Assembly (NCBI GenBank): GCA_012295275.1
Contig: CM022673.1
Location: 5,456,001-5,520,000 of the forward strand
Reading direction: 5' to 3'
DNA from: Chrysomallon squamiferum
Taxonomy: Eukaryota > Animalia > Mollusca
DNA length: 64,000 bases
A model generated the notes under the pieces. It was not told the DNA's origin, did no database searches, and saw only the letters and a list, made by a program, of their open reading frames with translations. Shown here piece after piece: positions 13,693 to 34,884 of the stretch (position 1 is its first letter; every line of letters begins with the position of its first letter). Both the position numbers and the translations under genes were made by a program.

Positions 13693-14765
13693 CATATATT
13701 TCAGTAAAACTGGATATGGAAAACGTATTTTTTCAATTCCTGTACCTTTTTACGTCATGTTGTATGTGAGAGGTGAGTAGGGGGGGGCTCTGTGTAAAAA
13801 TGTCTTGAAACTTTCTCTCTAAACAAAATGAAATTATGGAGTCGAATATTCTTTTATTTTACATACATACATACATACATATATACCTTGTTTACAGATA
13901 TAACTTTTGTCATTGATATAGGAACAGACATAAACACACAACATACAACCGTTACAGCGTTATTCAGTAAGTCAATATTTGCTTTACACGAAGTGGAGAG
14001 TGGGACAACTAGACTTGCAGACATCAGAAGCTTTCAGCCTATTATTCATTCCAAAAAAACCAACAACATAATCTAACGTTATTTTCATATATGACAATTT
14101 TGTTTGCAGGTAAGATTAGGATCATAGATGAGATTGAGAATTTAAAAAAAAAAAAAAAAAATGTTTGTAAAGCTTAAGCCAAAAAGTTGCAGATCGTTCT
14201 TAAAAATGCCAGATCAAGTAAAAGAAAAATAATAACGAAAGATCAAGAAAAACGATAAATCAGGGTTCTAAAACAACCCACGCGAGGTTGGCTCGTTTTG
14301 TAAAGTGTGTAAATATGAACGTGCTGAGAGAGATTACCTGCTTCTACAGTTTAGTGACGTTTAAGAATTCTCTGCAGTGAGTTAAGCAAAATCATTCAAA
14401 TTAAAGACCGAATTTATGAATTGTGATCATCGTGCGTGTAAGTTTTAAACGGGGACAAAGTGTCGCATTTTATCATGCAAGCTTGTACCTTATCACAAAC
14501 CAGTCTTATAGTTTATGTATCTTACCACTTACTTAGGATTACACCATATCAGGTATTTTTCACAAATGGAATGTGTGTGTGTGTGTTACGTTAAAAAAAA
14601 ATAAAATAAAATAAAATAAAATAAAATAAAATAAATAAACTAACAAACCACATAATTGTTATTAATATTAAAATAGCTTCCATCATCAAACATGGCGTAT
14701 GGGCAATGTGTAATTTCAAGAATTAGGTGAAATAAAGAAACAGTTTTTAACGCTCAGATGTTTAC

Positions 14766-15080
14766 CAAAGTATAAAACACCATCGCATTCGTATATACCA
14801 TTGTGTAAGAAAGGTGTGAGAAAACAACAACAGCAGCAACAACAACAACAACAACAAACAAACAAAAACTGAGAATAATTCACATGATGAAAGAATTGCA
14901 TCAACTGAATCATTAGCAAGTCAAAGTATAAAACACCATCGCATTCGTATATACCATTGCATAAGAAACGTATGAGAAAACAACAACAGCAGAACAACAA
15001 CAAAAACAACAACAAACAAACAAAAACTGAGAATAATTCACATGATGAAAGAACTGCAGTAACTGAATCATTAACAAGTC
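14766..15080. repeat. Two-copy ~156-bp tandem duplication
   Basis: CAAAGTATAAAACACCATCGCATTCGTATATACCATTG begins at 14766 and 14922. Confidence 0.9.
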
Positions 15081-16010
15081 GTGAAAATGAACAGATGAAA
15101 AGAATGACAGAAAATCAGACTGAAGGAAACTGGCGTCTTCCAACAGGCTGCCCAGTTTCCAGACAGACCTAAATGCATCACAAAGAAATTGAAGGAATTC
15201 GAATGAAAACAAAAACCAAGCAAGTAGCCAGGGCAGAACAGTTTGATATACTTGAAATAGGCGGAAGGAAACCAGTTGCTGATGAACTCGGAGATTAGAT
15301 ATTGGCCATTTTAACATCACTGTTGAATATCCAAAGCAATACCACAAAAACCGCAATTATGATAACTGAGGTGCCAAAGAAAAAAATACGTTTTTGACGT
15401 TACATCTGATGTTAACGTGTCCGGTACAAATTATTCCACGTGTCCATCTTCTGATGCTAATAGCAAGTAAATATCTCCGTAACACACAGGCTTGTAAAAT
15501 ATTATTATCCAATTCTAAAATCACGTGATTTGCCATGTGTCTCAATGACATTCATGCATGAGTGCAAACTTTAAAATAATCAATTTTTTTTTTTTTTTTT
15601 TTTTACATATATATATATATATATATAAAATGAAAGTTTAATAATATCAGAACATGTTTATAAAACAGTTATGTTTTAACTACCAGCGATTATGTATAAA
15701 TATTCCTTAGGTGACAAAATACGAGTGGTATTTTGTAGAATTTTCAATAATTTATTTCGTCATGTCCTGTCGACCATTTAAGTACGTCATTGTATTTTAA
15801 ACGCATTTGTCTAACTTAGTGGACTTGTTTGTATGCGTGTTCTGGTATTTACATGCGGCTAAGGGAGAAACACCCGTTAGAGAATCAAGTTACAGTGACT
15901 CTGCTTCTGAATTAGTGTAACTTAATTTACCTTCTTTTAGTGAGAAAGAAAGAAAAAGCAGGTTCAGACAGAGAGTGTGAAAGGGCGAGAAGAAGAGAAA
16001 CCGAGAGATG

Positions 16011-16113
<103 letters not shown>

Positions 16114-16617
16114 CTGTGAAAGCAGACAGAAGGTAAGAGCGAGGCTGTTACATACAGATTTAGGAGAAAACCGCCTTCCCACTTCTGCTTTTGAAGGTTT
16201 CAACTATTGTATGACGCAATTTTGTATTGTTACAATACCGGGCAATTCTAACATGTTATTTGTGTTCTTTTACACACACACACACACACACACACTCTCT
16301 CTCTCTCTCTTTCTCAGCTTTCGTTTAACTGAGAATGATTTTTAAATATATAATTAACTTTTCATTGTAAATTAAATTTCTACAGCTTACTCGGAGAATA
16401 ATTACTTAGAAAAGTATTATATTTAATATTGTATTGTTCACAAATATTTATTTACAAAGACTATTCATGGCTAATACAGTGGTTTTAGAAGGGTGGAGTA
16501 TGGATTAAGTGAACCCTTTCGTAATAAAGCTAATGGTGGTCATTACGTTCATTTTTTCTGTATACACCAAGTCATTAAAATACAACGATCCTCGTTTTAA
16601 TGACGTTTGAATATTTG

Positions 16618-16654
<37 letters not shown>

Positions 16655-16721
16655 AGAAATAAATCATTTAGATTGAACTGTTGTCTGTAGATAGAAGCTG
16701 GGAATATGCTGTATATGGCGA

Positions 16722-16762
<41 letters not shown>

Positions 16763-17534
16763 CAACAATAACTAAAACCACAACAAATGTCAATAGTAAA
16801 TTATGTGCTCCCAACACAGGGAGCACGGTGTTTAAAATCCAACCAAGACAACAGAAATAAAAGTATTATTAATACTTACTACAGGTTTTTATTATTATTA
16901 TGTTTATTTTTTTAATAAAAACCTATAAATAACGAAATGTTATTGATCATAAAGTCTGTTATAATTACGGCTGTTTTATATTTTTTGTTAGTGATCCATA
17001 AATTCTCTTTTTACAACCGACTTAGATGCTATTTAGCATTACAGCATTACTGTTTCTTTTTACTTTTTTTATTGCTTAGTTTAAAACATTATTTTCTCAC
17101 GAATTACATGTATCATTCATCACTTAGATTTATTACTCTCCGTTCCACTTTGAGGGAGTAGCGTTTTGACGTGCATCATTGCGCGACACAAACACTTTGC
17201 TTATTGGAAAGTTGAATTGAACTGAATACACTGTGAATGAGCTCAGTTATAGCTTTTATTGTCAAGGCACTGAATTTAACAGAACTACCAGCTAGAAAGT
17301 ATTCTTAAATTTACTCTAAACAACAATCTTTCTGAAGAATCAGGATAAAACGACATCTTCAAAACTTTCATACGTGTACTGACCTAAGATTAGACACAGG
17401 CATTGTGATATCTGTATCAGATGTACTTTATCAAATAATTTACTGCAGAAGTTATGTGCTATAGTACATATGGCATACATCCAAAGGATCGCCCATTATT
17501 CCTTTACAATGGGGACCAATTAGCTCTCTCTGTC

Positions 17535-17574
<40 letters not shown>

Positions 17575-17988
17575 GGAAACCCCACAATTTACCGAAACAT
17601 TGTACGTCCTTGATTAACATAACACCCATACAATTCAGTGATTTGATAATGTACGAACAATATACAGCTAGAAACATAACCCTGTAATTTACCAAAACAT
17701 TGTATTTGAGTGACAAATAATTCAGTAATTTAATAATGTAATTCAATAAACAATTGCCTTACAGTATATGTAAAGAACAAAGCACAGTAGAAAAATTAAG
17801 GCTAGATTGGGTGAAGTGTGTTAAGTTAGGACGGTAAAGCTGTAAAGTTTATTGTTACTTTGTTGGAAACTGGGTTGAGAGGGGGACAGTGCTCGTATAA
17901 TTGGACCAAGAGTAACTTAACACAACCTAGAAGTCAAGTTTCAAGTAGTATATCAAGTTCAAATTTTGGTATTTTCTCAGATTTGGTC

Positions 17989-18021
<33 letters not shown>

Positions 18022-18527
18022 AGGGTGAGGGTGTGGGTGTATTCATCCACATATTCTATCCCTCATTTATACTATAATATGCTGTAATATTTTGTTTTCT
18101 GCCTTTCTTTTTAGGAGGAGTAAAAATGTCAAGATTGGAGAAAACTGATGAGTATCGGTTCAGAGATTTACCTTTGTTAAAAATCTGTAAATGGCAATAG
18201 TATTCTCGTTATTTTCTCTCTTTTTGTTTTTTTTTAAATGAAAATAAATTGTGTTCGGAAAGGATCCGCGGAAACATTAACGTCCCTGGTTACGGTGTGT
18301 CCCTACCCTAAAGTTTTATCAATACAAATACAGAGTCACACGCACGCACACACACAGTCACACGCACGCACACACACAATTACTTTGTACCCTTCCTCGT
18401 ACCTTTTCTTTCTTACATTTTCTAGTTCTCTCTGTTTGTATCTCTCTCTCTCTCTTTATCTCTTGCACTCTGTTTCTCTCTGTCTCTCTTACACCCTCTC
18501 TATTTCTTTCAGTCTCCGTATCTCTCC

Positions 18528-18609
<82 letters not shown>

Positions 18610-18684
18610 TTCAATTTCTCTCTCTGTATATGTCTCTCCTTCTCTCTTATACTTTCTATTTCCTTCTGTTTCTGTATGTATGTA

Positions 18685-18743
<59 letters not shown>

Positions 18744-19860
18744 ATATACACACACACTTACAAAATACACGCAGATTAGTAGTTAGTAAGGGTTTTTTAT
18801 TTTTTTATTTTATAAAACCATCATTGATAACATATCAGTGGTACGGCTTTGTTTCGAACACAAAGCTTATTAGACGGACCCGTTAACACTCTCTCATGAT
18901 CTGCCGAGGTCCGCATGTTTGGTGTTTAAAATTATAACAATAATGAGTGTGAAGTATGACGCCGTGAAGGCCATTCACTGTGACACAGCATGCCCTAACC
19001 ATTGACGTGACAACCACTGAACTTGAGGGCAATATGTGGACTAGATTAACGATAAACACGCACGAAAAGCGATAAACAGGAGGCCAGTGGACTTTGATTT
19101 GCTTTGTTTTATATTATCTTCATACTTTGCTAATCACAATGTGTTATTTCCAGCGGCGTATATTTTGCAATAATAATCTCTATCGGCCATGCCCGGGCTA
19201 GCTTTGTTCGTTGTTGTGTTTTTTTTTTTTGCTGTTTTTTTTTTGTTTGTTTGTTTGTTGTTTTTTTTTGGTTTTTTTTTTTTTTTTTTTTTTTTTAATA
19301 TCGGCGACCTAGCTAACAGTCATGGAAATTTCCTTGCATCCCATGCTTTAATAATTAATGAGAGGATTTTTGACAATTTGACTCCACCCATGGAATTTCA
19401 TTTTATTTTATTTTATTTTATTTTATTACTTTTATCATTTTCCCATTTAAATACATGAGGGGTGTGGCGACTGCCCGACTTCCCGGTATCTTCAGACAGG
19501 TCCCACGACAGACATGAAAATGAATATTTAAAAATTTATAAAATGTGGGAACATTCATGGGGAGTGGCTTTTTTTTGTTTTTTTTTTTTTTTTTTTTTTT
19601 TTTGTTCTTTTTTTTTATCTGTATCCGGGATACCGGTGAGAAATTACGATCACAAAAACTTCGTGTCCTGGTGCAATAATAAATGCATAAATAACAACAA
19701 TCCCTAAAAACAATAATTTACAAATATGATAACAGCCTATTCCATTTAAAAAAAAATTTACATAAATAATTAAAAAAAAAAAAAAAAAATGTAAAAATGA
19801 AACAATTAGTTTTAGATAATTTATTAGCAAAGGTATTATGACACGTGCCGTCTTACCATG

Positions 19861-19951
<91 letters not shown>

Positions 19952-20260
19952 TGTATGTATGTATGTGTGTGTCTATACCAATCACTGGGAATGGAAAAAA
20001 AAACAACCAATAGGCTCATCATCATTATTATAATTATTATTATTATTATTTATTTATTAATTTTATTTATTTATTTATTTATTTATATCTTTTTATTTTT
20101 TTATTTTTTATTTTTTATTTTTTTCATAAGAACAACGATGGCGAAATGAACAAAAATAATGCTTATTTGACATTGTACCTTGACACCAGTGGCTTTTTTT
20201 CTCTCTCTCTTTTTTATTTTTTTGGTCTGTGTTAGACTCTGCATGCTTATCAAGCTTTTC

Positions 20261-20286
20261 CCACGTCACAGCAGATGCTGACGTGA
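20261..20286. promoter_or_regulatory. Inverted pair of TGACGTG(G/A) bZIP (UPRE/CrebA-type) sites upstream of METTL27
   Basis: CCACGTCA 20261-20268 and TGACGTGA 20279-20286, 35-60 bp before ATG 20321. Confidence 0.35.
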
Positions 20287-20320
20287 GAGACTGCTGCTCG
20301 CCAGTGCTTCGACTTTCACA

Positions 20321-27885
<7,565 letters not shown>

Positions 27886-28993
27886 AAGAAAATAAAAACA
27901 TTTATCATCTCTGATTTTGTTCATTATGTTCGACAGTGACCCCAAACAAAACAGATAGGTTTATATCCTGATGTGTAAATCCTCTGTTAATGAAATTTAA
28001 AGATTTAATTAAGTTAATTTTATTTTATTTTATTTTTTTTTGGTGTGATTTTTATTTTTTTATTTTTTTTTTATTTCATTTTAATTTTTTAAGTTTTTAA
28101 ATTTTAAATTTCTTAATTGTAATTTTAATTTTAAAATTTAAATTTATATTTACTTTCTTTATTTTATTAATATTTGATTTTATTTTTATTTCATTTTTTT
28201 TATTTTTATAATATTTTTACTTTTTAAAAATATTTTCTTTATATTATTTTACTTTTGTTTATTTTTATTTATATTTTATTTATTTGATCTATTGCTTTCT
28301 TTATTTTATTAATTTAATTTTTTTTAATTTTAATTTTTTGTTGTTATTGTTTATTTTTTATTTATTTATTGTTTCCTTCAATTTTATTTTTCTAATTTCA
28401 TTTAATTTCAACTTTTTATATTTTTTATTTTATATTTTATAATTTCTTTTTATATTCTTTTTTATATATCACTTTTTATATTTATTTATTTTTTCATTAT
28501 TTGATTTTAATTGGAATTTATGGTTATTATTTAGCGCGGTAATACCTTGAACAATATTAATAAATAACAACTTCGTAATAATCACCATCCATTCTTACTG
28601 GCTATACAGCCAAAACGTTGTATAAGTTTATTTGTAACATAAAAATAGAAATTCCAAAAATATTTATGAAGACTTGCGGATAAAATACTGATGATACTGT
28701 ATTATACTGTTATAAAATAAATAAATTTTACCTTATCTCAATCGTGAGGATCTGAACCAAGGTCCCACGTTTCAGAACCAGTATTGTACAAATTAAACTC
28801 GGAAGAAAAAAACTTTGAAGAAGTATTTCTGGAAATGAATATCTGTTCATAAATCACTACTAATAAAATGCAATACGGAAAAATTAAATTAAATAAAATG
28901 AAAATTTCTAATCTAATTTTTTATTTCAGAATTTTTATTTTATTTTTTATTATTATTATTATTTAAAAAAAAATAATAACACTCATATTAAAA

Positions 28994-30509
28994 TCATACC
29001 CGACCACAAATGCTTCCAACTTTGACCGAAAGATTATGCATCAAGAAATTGTTTCTAAGAACAACCGGAAGTCGTCTGTCACTGCAGTTCCCAACATGCC
29101 TCACAAACACCGTTTCTCGAATATAGATCGGCAGGCAGTTGTAATGGCCGAACCAACACGTTCTATTCGGACACATCGATTCCATGATAAATCTTGGTAT
29201 AACGTGATTTCCCAAGTCCACTAATCTTGGAATGCACTGGCAGAGCCAAGGCAGATCTATTAATGACGAATATGACTGCGGGTTGTTGTCGGCAATTTCC
29301 GGTTCGTCTCTTTTTCGAGATGGTTCGTCGGCAGTGAGCATTCGAAGTCGCTGGTTCGAAACATCGAGGCGGTATTCCTCCGGACATGTTGCCTCCAAAG
29401 GGCGAACAATGATTTCGAAACTGTACACCGCGTGAAGATACTGGAATAAATGAATGAATGAATGAATGAATGGATGGATGGATGGATGGATGGATGGATG
29501 GATGGATGAATGGACGAATGGGTGAATAAATGGACAAATAATTATACGAATGAAAGAACCGACAAATTGAGGAAAGAAAAACTAATGAATGAATAAATCA
29601 TCATTGGACGAACTCGTAACTGAAAACATAATGAATGCATGGACCTTTGGATGAAATATAAAAAAATAAATTAAAAATATAAAAAAAATAGCCGAAAGCA
29701 TAAACAAACAAATAGTTGGGAGAATTAATGAATCTCTGAATGAATAAAGAAAACAAACAAACCAAAAACCAACAAAAAAGGACGGATGAATGAATGAATC
29801 GTGAATAAATATTACCCAGTAATTTAATATTAATATATGAATCGTGTTCACAAAATTTCATAAAGGAAAACCGGTTTTACCTCATCTTAAAATTAATTAA
29901 AGGCACATATGCAGATGTCGATTCTCTGAAAAGATTTCATCATAAGAAGTCTTGCATTGTAAGTAAGACGCATATAACACGTTTTTAGGTACCAAAACAA
30001 CATCTTTTAATAGAAAATCTGATTGAAAATTCAGAGAATATATAAAGAGTATGAACTAGATGTATCACTGTACAATAATTTTTTGATAAGCGAGTTTAGG
30101 AACGTTAAATCACAAAACTGGAAACTGGATGTAAAATCATTCTATATTTTATCGTATTATATTACATTACATTAAATTCTATCGTATTACACTGAATGAC
30201 ATTACGTTATATTACATAATACATCAAGTCGCGTTACAGTTATATTATATTTATTTATTAAATCAAATTATAATGCATTATATTATATTACATTACATTA
30301 TATGCAGTCATATTATATTATTTTATATTATTTTATATAATTTTATATTATATTATATTATATAGAGAGAGAAGAAGTGAGAGTCTGAGGTGGACAGAGA
30401 GGTGATATAGATAGCTTAAAAAAGTAAATGAAAATTAATTTTAAAATTAATATTAAAATTAAAATATTCGCTGAATGAAAAGACTTACTAGTAAAAGGAA
30501 CAGGAACAT
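28994..30509 (-). CDS. Secreted cystine-knot ligand, Trunk/PTTH (noggin-like superfamily), ~155 aa. Exons 30509-30489 and 29440-28994
   Basis: GCCATG TTCCTGTTCCTTTTACTA|gtaagt joins ttccag|TATCTTCAC in phase 0, giving the signal peptide MFLFLLLYLHAVYS. RKR convertase-like site, then PWLC-x7-DLG...PRFI...C-x4-CWFGHYNC, closely resembling Trunk (PWEC..DLG..PRYI..C..CWYGHFNC). An acceptor at 30524 implies further 5' UTR exon(s). Confidence 0.8.
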
Positions 30510-30831
30510 GGCCGCTCTAAACTCCTAAATGTAACGACACTGAAACATTCCGAAGAAATAATTTTATAATTATATCATCTAGAAAAAATATATTTTACAT
30601 CAGCTAAATATAATGACAAAATAACTAAATTAAATATGTTTAAAAAACCCCACCCAAAACATATGGCAGTACCGTAATTCTTATGATAATTTTTTTTTTT
30701 TTAAACTGGACCTAAACACAGTTGATAAAATAAATTTTATTTTATTTTATTTGTTTCTTCCAGATATTATTATAATTATTATTATATTTATTATTAGTAG
30801 TATTGTTATTATTATTATTATTACTATTACT

Positions 30832-30862
<31 letters not shown>

Positions 30863-31611
30863 TTATTATTATTTTATTGAAGTATTTATTTATTTATTTA
30901 TTAGTTATTTCCTTTGCTTGGTCATCAAGGGTTGTTTTTTATTTTTTATTATTTATTTTTTTTATTAACTGTTTTAATTTTTACTTGACCAATTTGTTTA
31001 TATCTAACTTTTCTTTCACTTCACCTGTATCATTTTCTTTTTTCTTTTTCTTTTTTGTTTATTTATTTATTTATTTATTTATTTTTATTTATTTTTATTT
31101 TTATTTATTTATTTATTTATTTATTATTCATTTATTTTATTATTTATTTATATTTATTTAATTTTTATTTATTGTTTAATTATTTTTATTTATTTATTTA
31201 TTTATTTATTTATTTTTTATTATTTATTTATTTATATACTTATTTTTGTTCTTTTCTTTAATATGCTTTTACGGTTATTTTTCTTTATTTCGTTCTCTTT
31301 TCTTCTTTTTTTTCCAATTATTTTCACCTGTGATATTTATTACATTGTTTACGGTAGTTTTACAAAACAGGCCGGCGTCGTTTAAACATTAACACTTCAG
31401 ACTATAATCTGAGTTAGTAATTGTGTCTCATGAGATTACTTTTTTTGCAAGAAAACCAGTTGAACTGTGTGCATTAGACGATGAAAGAAAAAAAAAAGAC
31501 TAAGAAAAAAATAGAAAAAAAAGCTAAAAAAAAAACGAAACTGTTATTTATACACTTACATCGTGACTTGTACATGTATTAATAGCTTTAGAAATCATAC
31601 AAGCATACTTA

Positions 31612-31684
<73 letters not shown>

Positions 31685-31685
<1 letters not shown>

Positions 31686-31837
31686 ATATAAGTATCTCTA
31701 TATATTATAAAGAAGGAAAAAGAGAGATACTAAAATTAAAATAAATAAATAAAGTAAAGAATATAATACAATTTAACATAGAATATCCCATACTTCTGTA
31801 TCGCTGCATTCAAACTCACACACACACACACTCACAG

Positions 31838-31885
<48 letters not shown>
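31685..31885. repeat. Dispersed repeat; inverted copy of ~45400-45590
   Basis: AATACAATTTAACATAGAATATCCCATACTTCTGTATCGCTGCATTCAAAC(CA)n versus (TG)nTTTGAATGCAGCAATACAGAAGTGTGGGATATTTTATGTTAAATTGTATT. Confidence 0.8.
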
Positions 31886-31887
<2 letters not shown>

Positions 31888-32497
31888 GAAAGTTCGATGT
31901 ATTTTATAGAATTATATTATTTACAGAGTGATATAGGGAGATTATCAGCACCATCAAAATAAATTCTACTATTATATCAGTAATATTTATACTGGTTCTG
32001 CAGCATTTTATTTATTTGTATATGTATTTATTTGCTTATTTGTTTACTTATTGTTCGTCTCACTGACATCCTGACATCCATCCTTTGTTATTATTAGTAC
32101 TTTTTAATTTATCATTATAATTCAAACCAACAAGTGAACGAAACAGAAAAAAACCCACACAGACATTTTAACTGAGCATGGACGGACATAAATATTCATT
32201 TTTCAAAATGAATCCATGAACAACCTTTTATATTCTTCGTAAGAAACGAATTATGTAACTTCAATTTAGTCTTGAATTTAGTCTACCCCACAAACTGCTC
32301 CGGGGTATCGTGTTAGCGGCGATTTTCTGAATGTGTATACAGTAAACATGAATCCTCAGGCTTAACTGAAACTTTAGACTTCACAATGGGGTCAGTCTCC
32401 GAGATCAGCCCAGCCTGACTGGCTATCCCAGACAACATGTTCGATTAAATTCATTTTATTTTATTTTATTTAACTCTGTTTGTTGTTGTTGTTGTTG

Positions 32498-32553
<56 letters not shown>

Positions 32554-32917
32554 TATTTTATTTTTTATTTTATTTTATTTTTTTTAAATTTTTAAATTTT
32601 TTAAATTGTTCTTAACGGCACATCTGTTCCGCGTGTATCTTTGAAACTGAATAGCTGTTTATTGATCAAGAAAGAATTAACATCAGTTGTTTGTTCTATG
32701 TCAATAAAATGCAAACAGCTTTTAATTTTTGATGAAGTGAACAACATAAATCTGTATTTTTACAGAGTAAATAGCAAGAACAAAAAATTGTAAAGGTTGA
32801 CTTCACCGAGTAAGAAGCGCCTGAAACAAACAAAGCGATAATGTACTTCCCTGTCTAACTCCAGACTATGATTATCTGTTTCAGTTGTTTGTACTTCTTC
32901 GTCTTCGTCTTCTTCAG

Positions 32918-32920
<3 letters not shown>

Positions 32921-32996
<76 letters not shown>

Positions 32997-33063
32997 ATTA
33001 TTATTATTATTATTGCTGTTGTTGTTCTTGTTGTTATTATTATTATTATTATTGTTGTTGTTG

Positions 33064-33095
<32 letters not shown>

Positions 33096-33122
33096 GTTGT
33101 TGTTGTTGTTGTTGTTGTTGTT
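32921..33122. repeat. Compound (TAT)n/(TGT)n microsatellite
   Basis: Directly visible. Confidence 0.95.
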
Positions 33123-34129
33123 ATCTTGTTACTACCACTACTACGTTTCATGTTGTCATTTATAAAGTAATACCCGTTATTGTCTCTACTCCTTCTATAT
33201 ATATAAAAAAAAAGATATAATGGAATGTCCAACACTGGCATTCTGCGGCTCGATCTATTCATTCTAGAGAAAACCCTGGCCAAAAAAAAAAAAACCAACA
33301 ACAACAACCTCAAAACAAACAAAACAACTCTCGTTCTGCATAATCTTCTGAACTTTATTCAAGAAGGTCTCTCAGTTTAGCAGCCGGGCAAATGTCTAAG
33401 TGAAAGCTTTGTAAGAAAGACGTGAGAGTGTTGAGGTTTGGACGCTTATATTTGTTCAGCTATCTCAAACATCGGCTTTCAAAACTGAGATTTGTAAAGC
33501 AAAGTGGAGGCAATTGAGGGATTATAATAAACTTTTATTTATGTCTTCTTTTATTCCGAATCGTATATGTGAAAATGTTTGTTATTCTGAGGTTGAAAAT
33601 ATCCAGAGTTTTAGCAACGTTCCTATAGAAATTCAAATTACGTTATCGTTTATGCTGTCGCTGTGTGTGATTGTGCGTATGTACTTTATATATGTGTGTA
33701 TGGTGTATATGTGTATGTTATTATTTATATTATATGTATGTGTTTGTCTCTGTGTGTGTTTTATATATATATATATACACACACTCAAACACACACATAT
33801 ATATATTTATGTATGTGTTTTTTTTTTTTTTTTTTTTTGCATGTATGTATGCATGTATGTACGTATGTATGTATGTATGTATGTATGTATGTATGTATGT
33901 ATGTATGTATGTATGTATGTATGTATGTATGTATGTATGTGTGCATATATGTATGTATATATGCAAATCAAAACTACGAATAAGACAGATGAGCCTCGAC
34001 TCATACTGACAGATAGCTGAAAGTAATCAGTGATTCTCCTGTAACAGAACTAAGTGTCATCAATGTATTATTTTATAGACACATCAGCGCTGTGTGTGCG
34101 ATGAAGCTGGGACCGCAGTTTTATTCACA

Positions 34130-34445
34130 GTTGCTACGGAAACAGTTAAAACACGTACGCGTTTTTCTTTACATCTGAGTGAACAGGTCAAAGATGGGTG
34201 TGGCTTAAAACTACTGTCCTTCTCGGTTAACGCCAAAACGAGATACAAAAAAAATAAAATAAAAAATAAAAAATTAAAAACATTATTTTGTCTTCGATCC
34301 AGTTTAAACACTACGAATTAACTAATTGGGTCAGTTATGGAGTATGTATATATGTATGTATGTATGTATGTATAATAATAATTATAACAAAAACAACAAT
34401 AATTACCTTGATGATGATAATGATAAAATAATAAACTGTAACAAC
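34130..34445. repeat. Dispersed repeat; inverted copy of the GT intron-1 segments ~4230-4600 and ~43100-43470
   Basis: GAGTGAACAG..AAAGATGGGTGTGGCTTAAAACT..CTTCGATCCAGTTTAAACAC is the reverse complement of the intronic copies. Both the 4386 and 34094 ORFs contain LSEQ-x-KD-x-CGLKL. Confidence 0.8.
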
Positions 34446-34671
34446 AACTATAATAATAATCGTCATAATAATAGTAGTAATAATAATAATAATAGTAATA
34501 ATAATATATGTTATGTGTGTGTGCGTAATGTATTTAATACATGTGTATTGGTATATCTTTGTCCATTTCGATTGTCTGTACCCGGAAATCTTTTCAAAAA
34601 TAATTTCATAAACCGATAGTCATTGACTTGAATTCAAAGATCCGGTCTGTTGATTTAGCGTTTTTATTTTT

Positions 34672-34704
<33 letters not shown>

Positions 34705-34837
34705 TGTGTATGTACGTGTCTACGTGCACGTGTGTGTTTTATTGTCGTGATTCACCCGTCTTATCGTTCTCTATACAGAAAAGTAATAAATATTTATGGC
34801 ATTAAACGTCTTTCCACACTTTTTCAACTTTTACTAT

Positions 34838-34884
<47 letters not shown>

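Noticed and set aside
28740-28802. tRNA gene on the minus strand (GGTTCAGATCC B-box-like)
   Set aside because: Poor A-box and no convincing cloverleaf; at most a decayed tRNA-derived SINE head.
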